The notes under the pieces were generated by a model that searched no databases, was not told where the DNA came from, and saw only the letters and a list, made by a program, of their open reading frames with translations. DNA of 11,350 bases from a candidate division WOR-3 bacterium (GTDB lineage: Bacteria > Hydrothermota > Hydrothermia > Hydrothermales > Hydrothermaceae): contig JBDRZD010000050.1 in assembly GCA_039803745.1 (NCBI GenBank), positions 1 through 11,350 on the forward strand, written 5' to 3'. Within the stretch, counting starts at the first letter, position 1. The number at the start of each line of letters is the position of its first letter. The position numbers and the translations under genes are program-made. This document shows positions 1 through 8,345 of the stretch, one piece after another.

Positions 1-2
1 CC

Positions 3-431
3 TATTTTTTAATAATTTTTGCCTTTCTTTTTTCCTGTGAACACCAAAATGAAAAAAATAAAAAAGTTGAATTGATATCTTACTCTTATTCTGATACCTG
101 TATTCAAAATAATGTATCTTCAGTAGAAACTGCAATTGTGGAAATAGAAATTAAAGATTTAATAGTCAAAATAACACACAAAAACGCAAATTTGAACTGC
201 TGTCCTGATTCCCTTATTTTAAAACTTTATAATATTAATGATACAATCGTATTATATGAAGACGACGGAATTGATGAGGTGGGGGAAGGGTGTGATTGCA
301 CATGTGAATATTTAATGAAAGCATGTATAAAAGTGCCCCATTATGGAAAATATATATTAGAAATAAGAAGCTCCTATTTCCCTTTTCTTATATATAGAAA
401 AGAAATAGAAGTTCCACCTCCTCCCGGTTAA
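3..431 (+). CDS. Cys-rich putative lipoprotein of unknown function (5'-truncated by window edge)
   Basis: The frame of ORF 72..431 is open back to base 3 and reads YFLIIFAFLFSC-EHQNEKNKKVEL, a hydrophobic stretch plus lipobox-like LFSC (Cys codon 36-38). The TTG at 72 is therefore not the real start. The mature part has HKNANLNCC and CDCTCEY motifs. Stop TAA at 429-431. Confidence 0.8.
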   Translation, partial: YFLIIFAFLFSCEHQNEKNKKVELISYSYSDTCIQNNVSSVETAIVEIEIKDLIVKITHKNANLNCCPDSLILKLYNINDTIVLYEDDGIDEVGEGCDCTCEYLMKACIKVPHYGKYILEIRSSYFPFLIYRKEIEVPPPPG

Positions 432-436
432 ATAAT

Positions 437-1651
437 TTATTTTTCTAAAACACAAAATTTTATAAATTGCTTTATCCCAAAATTTCCTTTATTTGGGAAA
501 AATATTCCCGGAAATTGCATTTTACCCCATTTTGTTATTCTTATACATGATGTTTTTTCTGAAACAAAATCAACAATTTCTCTATCATAAGAGGATAGGG
601 AAAAAGCCTGTAAAAAATCTTTAAAAGGGAAAAGAAGTTCAAAAACTTCACTAACTTTTTTATAATAAATCGCCTGAATAATTCCTGGAAAGAATAAATC
701 AATTATTTTTTTAGTTTTTATAAATTTAAATTCTAAATCTTTTATAAGTAAATCTTTATCAAAGAGTAATGAATCAACAATCTGCCTCCTCCTTATTTTT
801 TCATCTAAATTTATTTCTTTTGCATTAAATTTTTCTTTTAAACTTTTTATATTTTTATCAATTATCACACAAAATTCTTCAAAATCAATACCTTCTTCAA
901 TAAATATTATAAATGGACTCATACAACCCCTATGATTATATAAAAAAATATCAAGTGATAAATTTTTTAAAATTTCTTTTGAAAAATCTTTAAATTTTAA
1001 AATCCCAGCACCAAACATTGAAGGATATTCAATAACCTTAACATTTTCAGAAACATATTTCTTTATCTCATTTATACTCCTTTTTTCACCCTGAATCACT
1101 AAAATTTCTGTATTTTTTAAAAATCTTATTAATTCTCCTTCCTCTTCTCTTTTAAATATTTCAATTTCAATAAAATTTGAAAAATCTTTAAAATTTTTTT
1201 CAAGATAATTTTTAAATTCTTTTAAAAAATAATGCATTTTATATGAAGGTTTTGCATAGATACATGTTTTTGATAAAAGAGCAGGAAAAATCACCTCTAT
1301 TTCTATTCCTGGAATATTTCCTGAAAATACTGCGTTTATAAAAGGAGGAGATATTGCTTTTAAATAAATATTTTTATCTATTTTTATCCATTCATCAAGA
1401 AATTTTTCATTTCCTATTTCAATTCTTAAAATTTTTTTAATATTTTTTTTATCTTGAAATGGCAAAAAGGCATTTTTAATTCCTGTTTTAACAATTTCTT
1501 CAGAATAATCTGTATTTTTAGAAATTTCTTTTAAAATTTTTTCAAAATTTTCTGATTCAATAAAATTTTTTGAAACATTTGAAATGAAATCTATTATTTC
1601 ATAAATTGAAATCCTTTTTAATTTTCCCGAATTTTCAAAAAGTCTTTCCAT
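437..1651 (-). CDS. LuxC-like acyl-CoA/acyl-protein reductase (ALDH-like fold), divergent
   Basis: Motifs VFSGNIPG (LuxC-type xGNxP), YAKPS and DIFLYNHRGCMSP (LuxC-type D..YDQ.xC.SP with catalytic Cys). Lies directly downstream of a luxE-like gene. Start is ATG 1651 or GTG 1657. Confidence 0.82.
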   Translation of the reverse strand: MERLFENSGKLKRISIYEIIDFISNVSKNFIESENFEKILKEISKNTDYSEEIVKTGIKNAFLPFQDKKNIKKILRIEIGNEKFLDEWIKIDKNIYLKAISPPFINAVFSGNIPGIEIEVIFPALLSKTCIYAKPSYKMHYFLKEFKNYLEKNFKDFSNFIEIEIFKREEEGELIRFLKNTEILVIQGEKRSINEIKKYVSENVKVIEYPSMFGAGILKFKDFSKEILKNLSLDIFLYNHRGCMSPFIIFIEEGIDFEEFCVIIDKNIKSLKEKFNAKEINLDEKIRRRQIVDSLLFDKDLLIKDLEFKFIKTKKIIDLFFPGIIQAIYYKKVSEVFELLFPFKDFLQAFSLSSYDREIVDFVSEKTSCIRITKWGKMQFPGIFFPNKGNFGIKQFIKFCVLEK

Positions 1652-2681
1652 ATTCACTCAAAATTGAACATCCCCTTAAAGAATTTTCTATCCTTCCCTT
1701 TAAAATAAATCCATCTTTAAATTTTTTACCTTTATCTTCTGTCATAACCCCTATACAGGAATCAAAATTCGCAAGATCATAATGAATTAAAACCCCTTCT
1801 TTTTTCTCTTCAAAACTTTCAGGATCCACAATCCTCCACCTTACCCAACAAGGACCATTTTTATACCTTAAAATTTTTTCTCTATCAAAATAATTTTTTA
1901 AATTTACATCATAATAATGGGAAATTAATTCACACATTCCATATTCATTTACAATAAAATTTTCTTCTATTCCTAAAAATTCACTATAACTTTTATATAA
2001 CTTCTTTTGATTTATAGTAATTTTTAAACCCTTAAATCCTCCTGTATCCAGAATTCTTGAATTTTCAGGCAATTTTATTTTTAATTTTTTTTCTTTTAAA
2101 TAATTTATCAAATAGTAAAAAGAGATTGAGGTGCCAAGGAGTGCGACAGGTTCATCAATTTTTTTAATTTTTTTTAAAAATTCATCAAATAGATATTTAC
2201 CATTTTTATAAAAATATTCGCTTCCTTTTTTGCCAAATTTTTCAAAAATCTTTTTAAACATATAAGAAAGGGAAGAATTTTTAAGTTCTTCAAAATCAGG
2301 AAAAAATACAAAAATCTTAATTTTTTCTAAATCAGGTAATAAGAATTTTTTAAAGTTTTTATAAATCACTTCATTATATATTTCAGGATAAAATATATAT
2401 CTTTTGCTCTTTATTCCTTCTGTTGTTCCGCTTGAAAAAAATATATATTTTGGCTTTATATTTTCTGTATAAAGGGGGTAATATTTAAATGCTCTTTGAG
2501 GGCAAGGCGGAATTTCATAAAAATTTTTGACATTTTTTGGATTTTTTCCCTTTTTATCACAAAAAATTCTATAAAATTCATTTTTTTTATATTCATATTC
2601 AAAAATTTCAAGGGCAAATTCATTAAATTCTTTATCATCAATACTCTCTTTATTTATTATTTCAAGTATTTTTTCCCTCAT
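1635..2681 (-). CDS. LuxE-like acyl-protein synthetase (long-chain fatty acid activating, LuxE/PaaK family)
   Basis: Adenylate-forming motifs FFSSGTTEG, DTGGFKG, VNEYGMCEL and TEDKG. C-terminal GRIENSLRGCS carries the LuxE-type acyl-accepting Cys. 348 aa. Confidence 0.88.
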   Translation of the reverse strand: MREKILEIINKESIDDKEFNEFALEIFEYEYKKNEFYRIFCDKKGKNPKNVKNFYEIPPCPQRAFKYYPLYTENIKPKYIFFSSGTTEGIKSKRYIFYPEIYNEVIYKNFKKFLLPDLEKIKIFVFFPDFEELKNSSLSYMFKKIFEKFGKKGSEYFYKNGKYLFDEFLKKIKKIDEPVALLGTSISFYYLINYLKEKKLKIKLPENSRILDTGGFKGLKITINQKKLYKSYSEFLGIEENFIVNEYGMCELISHYYDVNLKNYFDREKILRYKNGPCWVRWRIVDPESFEEKKEGVLIHYDLANFDSCIGVMTEDKGKKFKDGFILKGRIENSLRGCSILSEYGKTF

Positions 2682-3253
2682 TTTATTTTCCTCCAGAACT
2701 CTGTTGCTCTTGGTGCTCCTTTTCCTATCTCATAGGTTGAATCTTTATGTTTTAAAATTATTCCCTCCCAATTGTTTTCTTTCACTTTTTTAAGTAATTC
2801 TTCAATATTATTTTTTATTTCAAATTGTTCTATAATAAAAAAAGGAGGTATAAAATTTATTTTTTCAAGAATTTTTCTTCTTTCTTTAAGAGGCAATTTA
2901 TGTATTTCTTTTCCTTCAAGAAATATTACATCAAAAACATAAATTACTGGTTTTGAATCTTTTTTATCTGTAAATATACTGGGAATATATCTTCTTCCCC
3001 TTTCATCAGTTATTTCAGAATCAAGTATGGATTCAGGAGGCAAAAATTTCTCTACAAGGGGAACAAATCTTTTTAACTTATTTGTCCAATTAGGATTTTT
3101 TTCAAGTCTTCTCCCCCAGAATTCTACTCTCCCATCTTCATATCTTATTATTTGCATTCTCCATCCATCTATTTTTGGTTCAGCAATCCAGTTTTCATCT
3201 ATTTTTTCACCAAGATAAGGTATTGGTTGCATTAAAAAAATAGGACCGATCAT
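2678..3253 (-). CDS. ATP-dependent DNA ligase-family nucleotidyltransferase domain, stand-alone (no OB-fold)
   Basis: Motif I EPKIDGWR (KxDGxR), III ILDSEI, IIIa YVFDVIF, IV WEGIILK and V FWRKIK, then a stop. 191 aa. ATGA overlaps on both sides. Confidence 0.88.
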   Translation of the reverse strand: MIGPIFLMQPIPYLGEKIDENWIAEPKIDGWRMQIIRYEDGRVEFWGRRLEKNPNWTNKLKRFVPLVEKFLPPESILDSEITDERGRRYIPSIFTDKKDSKPVIYVFDVIFLEGKEIHKLPLKERRKILEKINFIPPFFIIEQFEIKNNIEELLKKVKENNWEGIILKHKDSTYEIGKGAPRATEFWRKIK

Positions 3254-4176
3254 TTTATAGTTTTAAATATTGAAACTATTATTAAGTTTAAAAAAGACAA
3301 AGGAATTAAATATTTCCATGAAAATTTTATGAAATGCTCAAATTTAATTCTTGGAAGCGATGCTCTTATCCAGAAAAAAATAAAAATTATCATAAAGGTT
3401 TTTAACAAAAATGAAAAGAAATTATTTTTTCCAAGGTAAAGTATTGTAATTAAAGAGGAAATGAATAAAATTTCCGCATATTCACTTAATAAAAAAAAAG
3501 CATATTTTGTTCCTGAATATTCAGCCTTATATCCCCCTGCAATTTCAAATTCTGCTACTGAAAAATCAAAAGGTGTTCTTTTTAAATAAGCAAGTGAAGA
3601 AATAAAAAAGACTAAAAAGCCTAAAAATTGAGGAAAAATATAGGGGACTTTTTGCTTTTCCAATATTTCCCTCAATGAAAAACTTTCTGCTTGAATAATA
3701 ATTCCAATTATTGAAAGGATTAGAGGAATTTGAAGGGTTAAAAAATTGAGAGAGGCTCTTAAAGACCCTATAAGAGCATATTTGCTTCCCGAAGAAATAC
3801 CTGCAAAAATTATTCCATAAATACTTAAAGATAAAATTAAAATAACAAATAGTAAAGAAATGTTCATATCCTGAATCAAAGGTTTTTTGCCTATCGGAAT
3901 CAATGCAAAGGGTGTAAAGGAAAATATAACACTAATTAAAGGTGCAAAAAGATAAAGAACTTTATCTCTTTTTTCAGGGAAAATTTCTTTTTTAAATAAA
4001 AGTTTTAAAAAATCTGAGATAACCTGAAAAATCTCCAGTATCTCTTTTTTTTCTGAACCTTTTTCTTTACCAAACCACCTTAAAAATTTTCTTTCCAGAT
4101 AAAAAATAATAAAAATAATAAAAATTAAAAAAAGTATTAAAAATAAACTTTTCAAAAAAATAAATAAAATTTGCAT
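3250..4176 (-). CDS. nuoH: Complex I subunit H / ND1 family membrane protein (orphan, degenerate)
   Basis: Multi-TM protein with YLERK, DFLKLLFK, SSGSKYALIGSLR, RTPFD...AEFEIAGGYKAEYSG and WIRASLPR motifs typical of NuoH/ND1. No other nuo or hydrogenase genes lie in the window. Confidence 0.85.
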   Translation of the reverse strand: MQILFIFLKSLFLILFLIFIIFIIFYLERKFLRWFGKEKGSEKKEILEIFQVISDFLKLLFKKEIFPEKRDKVLYLFAPLISVIFSFTPFALIPIGKKPLIQDMNISLLFVILILSLSIYGIIFAGISSGSKYALIGSLRASLNFLTLQIPLILSIIGIIIQAESFSLREILEKQKVPYIFPQFLGFLVFFISSLAYLKRTPFDFSVAEFEIAGGYKAEYSGTKYAFFLLSEYAEILFISSLITILYLGKNNFFSFLLKTFMIIFIFFWIRASLPRIKFEHFIKFSWKYLIPLSFLNLIIVSIFKTIK

Positions 4177-6185
4177 TAAAACTCAATCCTTCTCTTCGTA
4201 TCCCCGCCTTTTTCTTTTGTGTGAATATTACAGAAATTGCCTGGTGGTTCTGTTCCTTTTATAAAAACCTCTTCTCTTACTTTTGGGCAATAAGGAGTCC
4301 TTTTAAGATTTGATTCAACACATACTGTATCAATTACGATACCAGAAGGAATTTTAAAATCCTCCCCTTTTAAAGGAAGTCTCTTCATTATCTCTGTCCA
4401 AAAAGGAAGAGCAAATAATGCACCTGAAGCATTGTATGCAATTGTTCTTAATGAATCAAAACCAACCCATACTCCAATTGTTATTTCAGGAACAAATCCT
4501 ATGAACCACGCATCAGTAAAATTATCAGTTGTTCCTGTTTTACCTGCACATGGCAAATAAAATCCATATTTTGTTCTTGCCTCAACTCCTGTCCCGTTAT
4601 TCATTACAGATTTCATCATATGAATTAAAATATAAACACTTTGAGAGTCAATAACTTGTTTTCCTGATGGCTTTCTTTCAAAAATGATATTACCATATTC
4701 ATCCTCTATTTTTTTAATCATAATTAAATCCATCTTCTTACCATAATTCGCAATTGTTGAGTAGGCATGGGTTACCTCAAGTGGAGTTAGTTCAGCAGCA
4801 CCAAGAGATATTGATAAAACATTTGGAACATAAGATTCAATACCTAATTTCCTCGCATATTCTATTGCAGTAGAAGTTCCTACTTCCTGAAGAAGCCTTA
4901 CAGAAGCGAGATTTCTTGAATGAGCAAGTGCTTGCCTCAAAGTAACTCTTCCCATAAATTTTCCATCAAAATTTCCAGGATACCATGGCTTACCGGAACC
5001 GTCATCTTCAATAGTAACAGGAAGGTCATAGAGATAATCAGTAGGCAAGTATCCATTTTCAATAGCGGCAAGATAATAAAAAGGTTTAAAGGCTGAGCCT
5101 ATATGTCTTTTTGCCTGAATAGCCCTGTTAAACTGGCTTTTAAAAAAGTCTCTCCCCCCTATAAGTGCTTTTATTTCTCCTGTTTTATTTTCTATCGCAA
5201 CAACTGCTATTTGAAGTGGTAAAGTATCATTCTTACCTTTTCTTCTCACACCTTTCTCAATAATTCCTATTAAACTATCAACCACATTCTCACAAACTTT
5301 TTGAATATTACTATTTAATGAAGTATATATTTTAATTCCCTCTTTATAAATAAAATCCTCACCATAAGCACCTTCTATATACTTTCTTATTTCCTCAAGA
5401 TAATAGGCTGCAAATCTTTTTTTCAGGCTTTCCTTTGGTTTTAAAACAATCTTCTCCTTTAATGCTTTTTCATACTCCTCTTTTGTAATAACCTTATTTT
5501 TGAAAAGGAGATTCAAAATCTTTTTCTGCCTTTTTATGGTATTTTCAAAATTTGTATAAGGATTATAGTATGTTGGGGAACGGGGAATGGCTGCTAAAAA
5601 TGCGCTCTCCGAAAGTGTCAAATCTTTTGCTTTTTTATCTAAATAATATAAAGAGGCAGTTTCAATCCCGTATACACCATTACCAAAATTAATCTGATTT
5701 AAATATTTTTCAAGAATCTCATCTTTTGAAAATTTACTCTCTATTATCAGTGCAAGAACCAGTTCCTTTAATTTTCTATTTATCGTTTTTTCCATTGTTA
5801 AAAACATATTTCTTGCAAGTTGCTGCGTTATTGTTGAAGCACCTTCAACAAATCTTCTTGAAATAAGATTGTTATAAGTTGCTTTTAAAAGTCTTAAAGG
5901 ATCTATCCCAAAATGCTTAAAAAATTTTTTATCTTCAAGTGTTATAAATGTTTTTATCACATAAGGAGAAATATCATTCAATTTTACATATTTTCTCTTC
6001 TCAAAATAGTATTCAAAAATTACATTACCTTCGTCATCAATAATCTGGGTTGAAACAGGGGGTTTATAACCCTCTATCATTTCAATTGGTGGAAGTTCCT
6101 TAACAATGAATTTGTATATTAAAAGAGAAAATATAAAACTTAAAAAAAATACCAGACCAAAAAATATTAAAAATAATTTCTTCAT
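4176..6185 (-). CDS. mrcA: Class A penicillin-binding protein (PBP1A family; transglycosylase + transpeptidase)
   Basis: N-terminal TM anchor. GT51 motifs EDKKFFKHFG, GASTITQQLARN, RKLKE and KDEILEKYLN. Transpeptidase motifs SAFK (SxxK), SRN (SxN) and KTGT. Confidence 0.93.
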   Translation of the reverse strand: MKKLFLIFFGLVFFLSFIFSLLIYKFIVKELPPIEMIEGYKPPVSTQIIDDEGNVIFEYYFEKRKYVKLNDISPYVIKTFITLEDKKFFKHFGIDPLRLLKATYNNLISRRFVEGASTITQQLARNMFLTMEKTINRKLKELVLALIIESKFSKDEILEKYLNQINFGNGVYGIETASLYYLDKKAKDLTLSESAFLAAIPRSPTYYNPYTNFENTIKRQKKILNLLFKNKVITKEEYEKALKEKIVLKPKESLKKRFAAYYLEEIRKYIEGAYGEDFIYKEGIKIYTSLNSNIQKVCENVVDSLIGIIEKGVRRKGKNDTLPLQIAVVAIENKTGEIKALIGGRDFFKSQFNRAIQAKRHIGSAFKPFYYLAAIENGYLPTDYLYDLPVTIEDDGSGKPWYPGNFDGKFMGRVTLRQALAHSRNLASVRLLQEVGTSTAIEYARKLGIESYVPNVLSISLGAAELTPLEVTHAYSTIANYGKKMDLIMIKKIEDEYGNIIFERKPSGKQVIDSQSVYILIHMMKSVMNNGTGVEARTKYGFYLPCAGKTGTTDNFTDAWFIGFVPEITIGVWVGFDSLRTIAYNASGALFALPFWTEIMKRLPLKGEDFKIPSGIVIDTVCVESNLKRTPYCPKVREEVFIKGTEPPGNFCNIHTKEKGGDTKRRIEF

Positions 6186-7597
6186 CTTATTCTATATTCT
6201 AAAATGAACTGACTTCTTCCTCTAACTATCACCATTTCTATATAATTTTTTATTTTCCTTATATTTCTCTCAAAATCTTCTTTCCCTTCTATCTTATTAC
6301 CGTTAAGACTCACAATTATATCACCTTCCTCAAGTCCCATGTTTTCCGCAAAACTTCCACTTTTAACTTTTATTATAAGGGCACCTTTTTTCACCCTTAA
6401 ATCGTATTTCTTAATATAATAATCGTTAATATCAGCAACTTTTATCCCCAAATCAAGAAATTCTTCTTTACCTTTTAAAAATCTTTCAACTAATTTCTCT
6501 ATTCCATTTCTTTTATAAAGAATCTCTATTTTTTCACCTTCAAGCAAATCATAAGTTTTTATTTCATAATCCCTTAAATTTTTAACTATATAACCATTTA
6601 TTTTTTTAATAACATCTCCTTCTTTTAAAATTCCATGAAATGGGCTTTTTTCATCTATATAAATAACAACAACCCCTTCTTTTTCCTTCAAGTTATATTT
6701 CTTCTTAATTTCATCTGTAATATTATCAACTTCTATACCAATCTCTCCTCTTTTTATTTCACCATACCTTATCAAATGGGGAAGCACTTTTTTTAAAAGA
6801 TTAACAGGGATTGCAAAACCAACCCCTTCAAATCCACCCGATTTTGTGATTATAAATGTATTCATTCCTATAACCCTTCCTCCTGCATCACATAAAGGTC
6901 CACCAGAATTACCAGGATTTATCGCAGCATCAGTCTGAATTAAATTCTTATATTCCCTTTCCTCTGAACCCTTAAAATTTCTGTGAAGTGCACTTACAAC
7001 TCCAACAGTAATTGTTGGCTGTACATCCTCCCATAAATATCCAAAAGGATTGCCAAGTGCTATAACCCATTCACCCCTTAAAAGGGAATCTGAATTTCCT
7101 AAAGTTACACAAGGAAGATCTTTACCTTCAATTTTTAAAAGGGCAATATCAAAGGAATAGTCCTTACCTATGAGTTTTGCATCAAATATCCTTCCATCAG
7201 GCAATGTAATTTTGATTGTATCTGCTTCTCTTATCACGTGTTCATTTGTAAAAATATAACCTTCCTTTGAAATAATAAATCCCGAACCCTGAGAAACTAT
7301 TTTTTGGGTATAGTATCTTGGTGGGAAAAGTTCACCAAAAAATTCTTTAAAAAAAGGGTCTTCAAAAAATGGGGAAAATTCTCTTACATATTTTGTTTTA
7401 ATACAGGTGATTGAAACAACAGCATCCTGAACTTTTTTAACTGCATTTATTATAGCATTCTCCCTTTCTTTTTTAATCCTCTCCTCTACCTTTAAAGTGG
7501 GTTCAGGTAAACTGCCCCTTATATTTTTAGGTTTAAATAGAAAGATAAGAAAAATTAGAACAAAAACAAAGATTAAAACTAAATAAATTCTTTTCAT
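6182..7597 (-). CDS. degP: DegP/HtrA (Do family) serine endoprotease with two PDZ domains
   Basis: GSGFII, TNEHVI (catalytic His), DIALLK (Asp) and [15 protein letters not shown] (Ser), with two PDZ-like GDVI/GDII segments. Start reassigned to ATG 7597 ([10 protein letters not shown] signal/anchor), which forms an ATGA overlap with the transaldolase stop. Confidence 0.93.
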   Translation of the reverse strand: MKRIYLVLIFVFVLIFLIFLFKPKNIRGSLPEPTLKVEERIKKERENAIINAVKKVQDAVVSITCIKTKYVREFSPFFEDPFFKEFFGELFPPRYYTQKIVSQGSGFIISKEGYIFTNEHVIREADTIKITLPDGRIFDAKLIGKDYSFDIALLKIEGKDLPCVTLGNSDSLLRGEWVIALGNPFGYLWEDVQPTITVGVVSALHRNFKGSEEREYKNLIQTDAAINPGNSGGPLCDAGGRVIGMNTFIITKSGGFEGVGFAIPVNLLKKVLPHLIRYGEIKRGEIGIEVDNITDEIKKKYNLKEKEGVVVIYIDEKSPFHGILKEGDVIKKINGYIVKNLRDYEIKTYDLLEGEKIEILYKRNGIEKLVERFLKGKEEFLDLGIKVADINDYYIKKYDLRVKKGALIIKVKSGSFAENMGLEEGDIIVSLNGNKIEGKEDFERNIRKIKNYIEMVIVRGRSQFILEYRIR

Positions 7598-8289
7598 TTT
7601 TCTAAAACTTTTTTCCAATCTGCTAAAAACCTTTCAAGTCCAATATCAGTTAAAGGATGATTTAAAAGTTTTTTTATCACATCAGGTGGAACAGTGATAA
7701 TATGAGCACCTGCAAGTGCAGATTCTATAACATGCAATGGATGCCTGCAACTTGCAACAAGAACCTGTGTTTCAAACCCATAATTCTCATAAATTTCAAC
7801 TATCATTCTTACAAGATCCATTCCAAAATGGGAAATATCATCAAGTCTTCCTATAAAAGGAGATACATAAAAGGCATTAACCTTTGCCGCAAGAATTGCC
7901 TGAGCAGGTGAAAAAACAAGGGTCATATTCACCTTTACACCCTCTGAACTCAAAATCTTCGTCGCCTTCAAACCCTCAGATGTAAATGGTATTTTAACTA
8001 CAATATTTTCATGAATTTTTGAAAGTTCTTTACCCTCTTCAACCATTTCCCCTGCCTTTGTCCCGATCACCTCTGCAGATACAGGACCTTTAACAATTTC
8101 ACATATCTCCCTTAGAATTTCTTTTGATTTCTGAATTATCTCTTCTTTTTTTAAAGATTTAAAATCTTTGAATTGCCTTTCAATCTCCTTTGAAAGTAAA
8201 GTGGGATTTGTTGTTGCACCATCAATTATTCCAAGTTTTACAAGTTCCTTTATTTCATCTATATTAGCAGTATCAACAAATATTTTCAT
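7594..8289 (-). CDS. tal: Transaldolase (short TalC/Fsa-like family)
   Basis: [29 protein letters not shown] (Schiff-base Lys), [11 protein letters not shown] and ASCRHP. Glu in SAEV and Phe in SPF indicate transaldolase rather than fructose-6-phosphate aldolase. Confidence 0.92.
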   Translation of the reverse strand: MKIFVDTANIDEIKELVKLGIIDGATTNPTLLSKEIERQFKDFKSLKKEEIIQKSKEILREICEIVKGPVSAEVIGTKAGEMVEEGKELSKIHENIVVKIPFTSEGLKATKILSSEGVKVNMTLVFSPAQAILAAKVNAFYVSPFIGRLDDISHFGMDLVRMIVEIYENYGFETQVLVASCRHPLHVIESALAGAHIITVPPDVIKKLLNHPLTDIGLERFLADWKKVLEK

Positions 8290-8294
8290 TTTTT

Positions 8295-8300
8295 CTCCTT
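8295..8300 (-). promoter_or_regulatory. Shine-Dalgarno site of tal
   Basis: AAGGAG on the minus strand, 5 nt upstream of ATG 8289. Confidence 0.8.
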
Positions 8301-8315
8301 TTTAAAAGTTTATTA

Positions 8316-8345
8316 ATTATAAATTACTCTCAATTTCATAAACAA
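8316..8345 (-). promoter_or_regulatory. Putative internal sigma70-type promoter upstream of tal
   Basis: Minus strand TTGTTT (8345-8340), 18 nt spacer, TATAAT (8321-8316), at the only non-overlapping junction of the run. AT-rich background lowers certainty. Confidence 0.4.

Noticed and set aside
437..2681. Bioluminescence operon
   Set aside because: There is no luxA/luxB/luxD, and gene order and divergence differ from luxCDABE.
2456..2735. Short ORFs 2456..2641(-) and 2496..2735(+)
   Set aside because: They are alternative-frame or antisense shadows of luxE and the ligase, with no motifs or RBS.
3027..3218. 63-aa plus-strand ORF
   Set aside because: It is antisense to the well-supported ligase gene.
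2678..3253. NHEJ (Ku-LigD) locus or prophage ligase
   Set aside because: No Ku, polymerase/phosphoesterase domain, integrase or phage genes are nearby.
7702..7911. 69-aa Cys-containing plus-strand ORF
   Set aside because: It is antisense to conserved transaldolase, and the Cys residues arise from reverse-strand GCA/ACA codons.
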